Positions 45,497 through 45,597 of a stretch of DNA of 45,597 nucleotides are shown here, in pieces. Location: positions 1 through 45,597 of the forward strand of contig JBHIAH010000015.1 in the NCBI GenBank assembly GCA_046758505.1, written 5' to 3'. Both the position numbers and the translations under genes were made by a program. Numbering within the stretch: position 1 is the stretch's first letter; every line of letters begins with the position of its first letter. The DNA is from Candidatus Methylomirabilales bacterium (lineage in GTDB: Bacteria > Methylomirabilota > Methylomirabilia > Methylomirabilales > CSP1-5). The notes below the pieces were generated by a model. It was given only the letters and a program-made list of their open reading frames with translations. It made no database searches and was not told the origin of the DNA.

Positions 45497-45597
45497 TTAG
45501 GCCTCAGACCACTGGGCCTTCATCGTCAGGATGCCGCGCGGTGTCCCCGGGGCGAGGTTGGTGTTGAAGAGGGGATCGTAGGCCCAGTTCCGGTTCG
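45497..45597 (-). CDS. 3' end of a further PilX-like / pilus-associated protein (partial)
   Basis: Reads NRNWAYDPLFNTNLAPGTPRGILTMKAQWSEA*, the YD...PGTP...W.E terminus typical of such proteins. Confidence 0.6.
   Translation of the reverse strand, partial: NRNWAYDPLFNTNLAPGTPRGILTMKAQWSEA

Overview
High-GC bacterial chromosome segment; gene content and style suggest a Methylomirabilota/NC10-like or deltaproteobacteria-like lineage (inference only). Left edge (1-1170): accessory remnant at the 3' end of tRNA-Ala(CGC), with a type I R-M HsdS-like C-terminus, a truncated SDH/Clp-fold protease start and a GIY-YIG nuclease among REP-like repeats. Middle (1.3-36 kb): mostly housekeeping genes (nfi, thiO, stomatin-nfeD, mazG, Fur/Zur-ZIP, slt, speE, glyA-nrdR, ccsA-like-hemA-hemC-cobA/hemD, ubiX, ddl, DUF47-pit, trkAH, tatA/B-tatC, nadA/nadC, two moeA, mscS), with 7-nt-periodic repeat tracts between genes. 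Two regions stand out. (1) At 26.4-28.7 kb, two consecutive fluoride (crcB-type) riboswitches, each with an overlapping terminator, precede two proteins that are not fluoride exporters: an HKD-degenerate PLD-fold protein and a DUF6062-like Cys/His protein with a coiled coil. (2) At 36.2-45.6 kb, an array of type IV minor-pilin cassettes (PilV/PilW/PilX-like, plus one FimU-like) includes two cassettes with their own sigma54+IHF promoters and one 686-aa PilX-like pilin carrying a CxxCH c-type heme motif. All family assignments are by eye; no searches were run.
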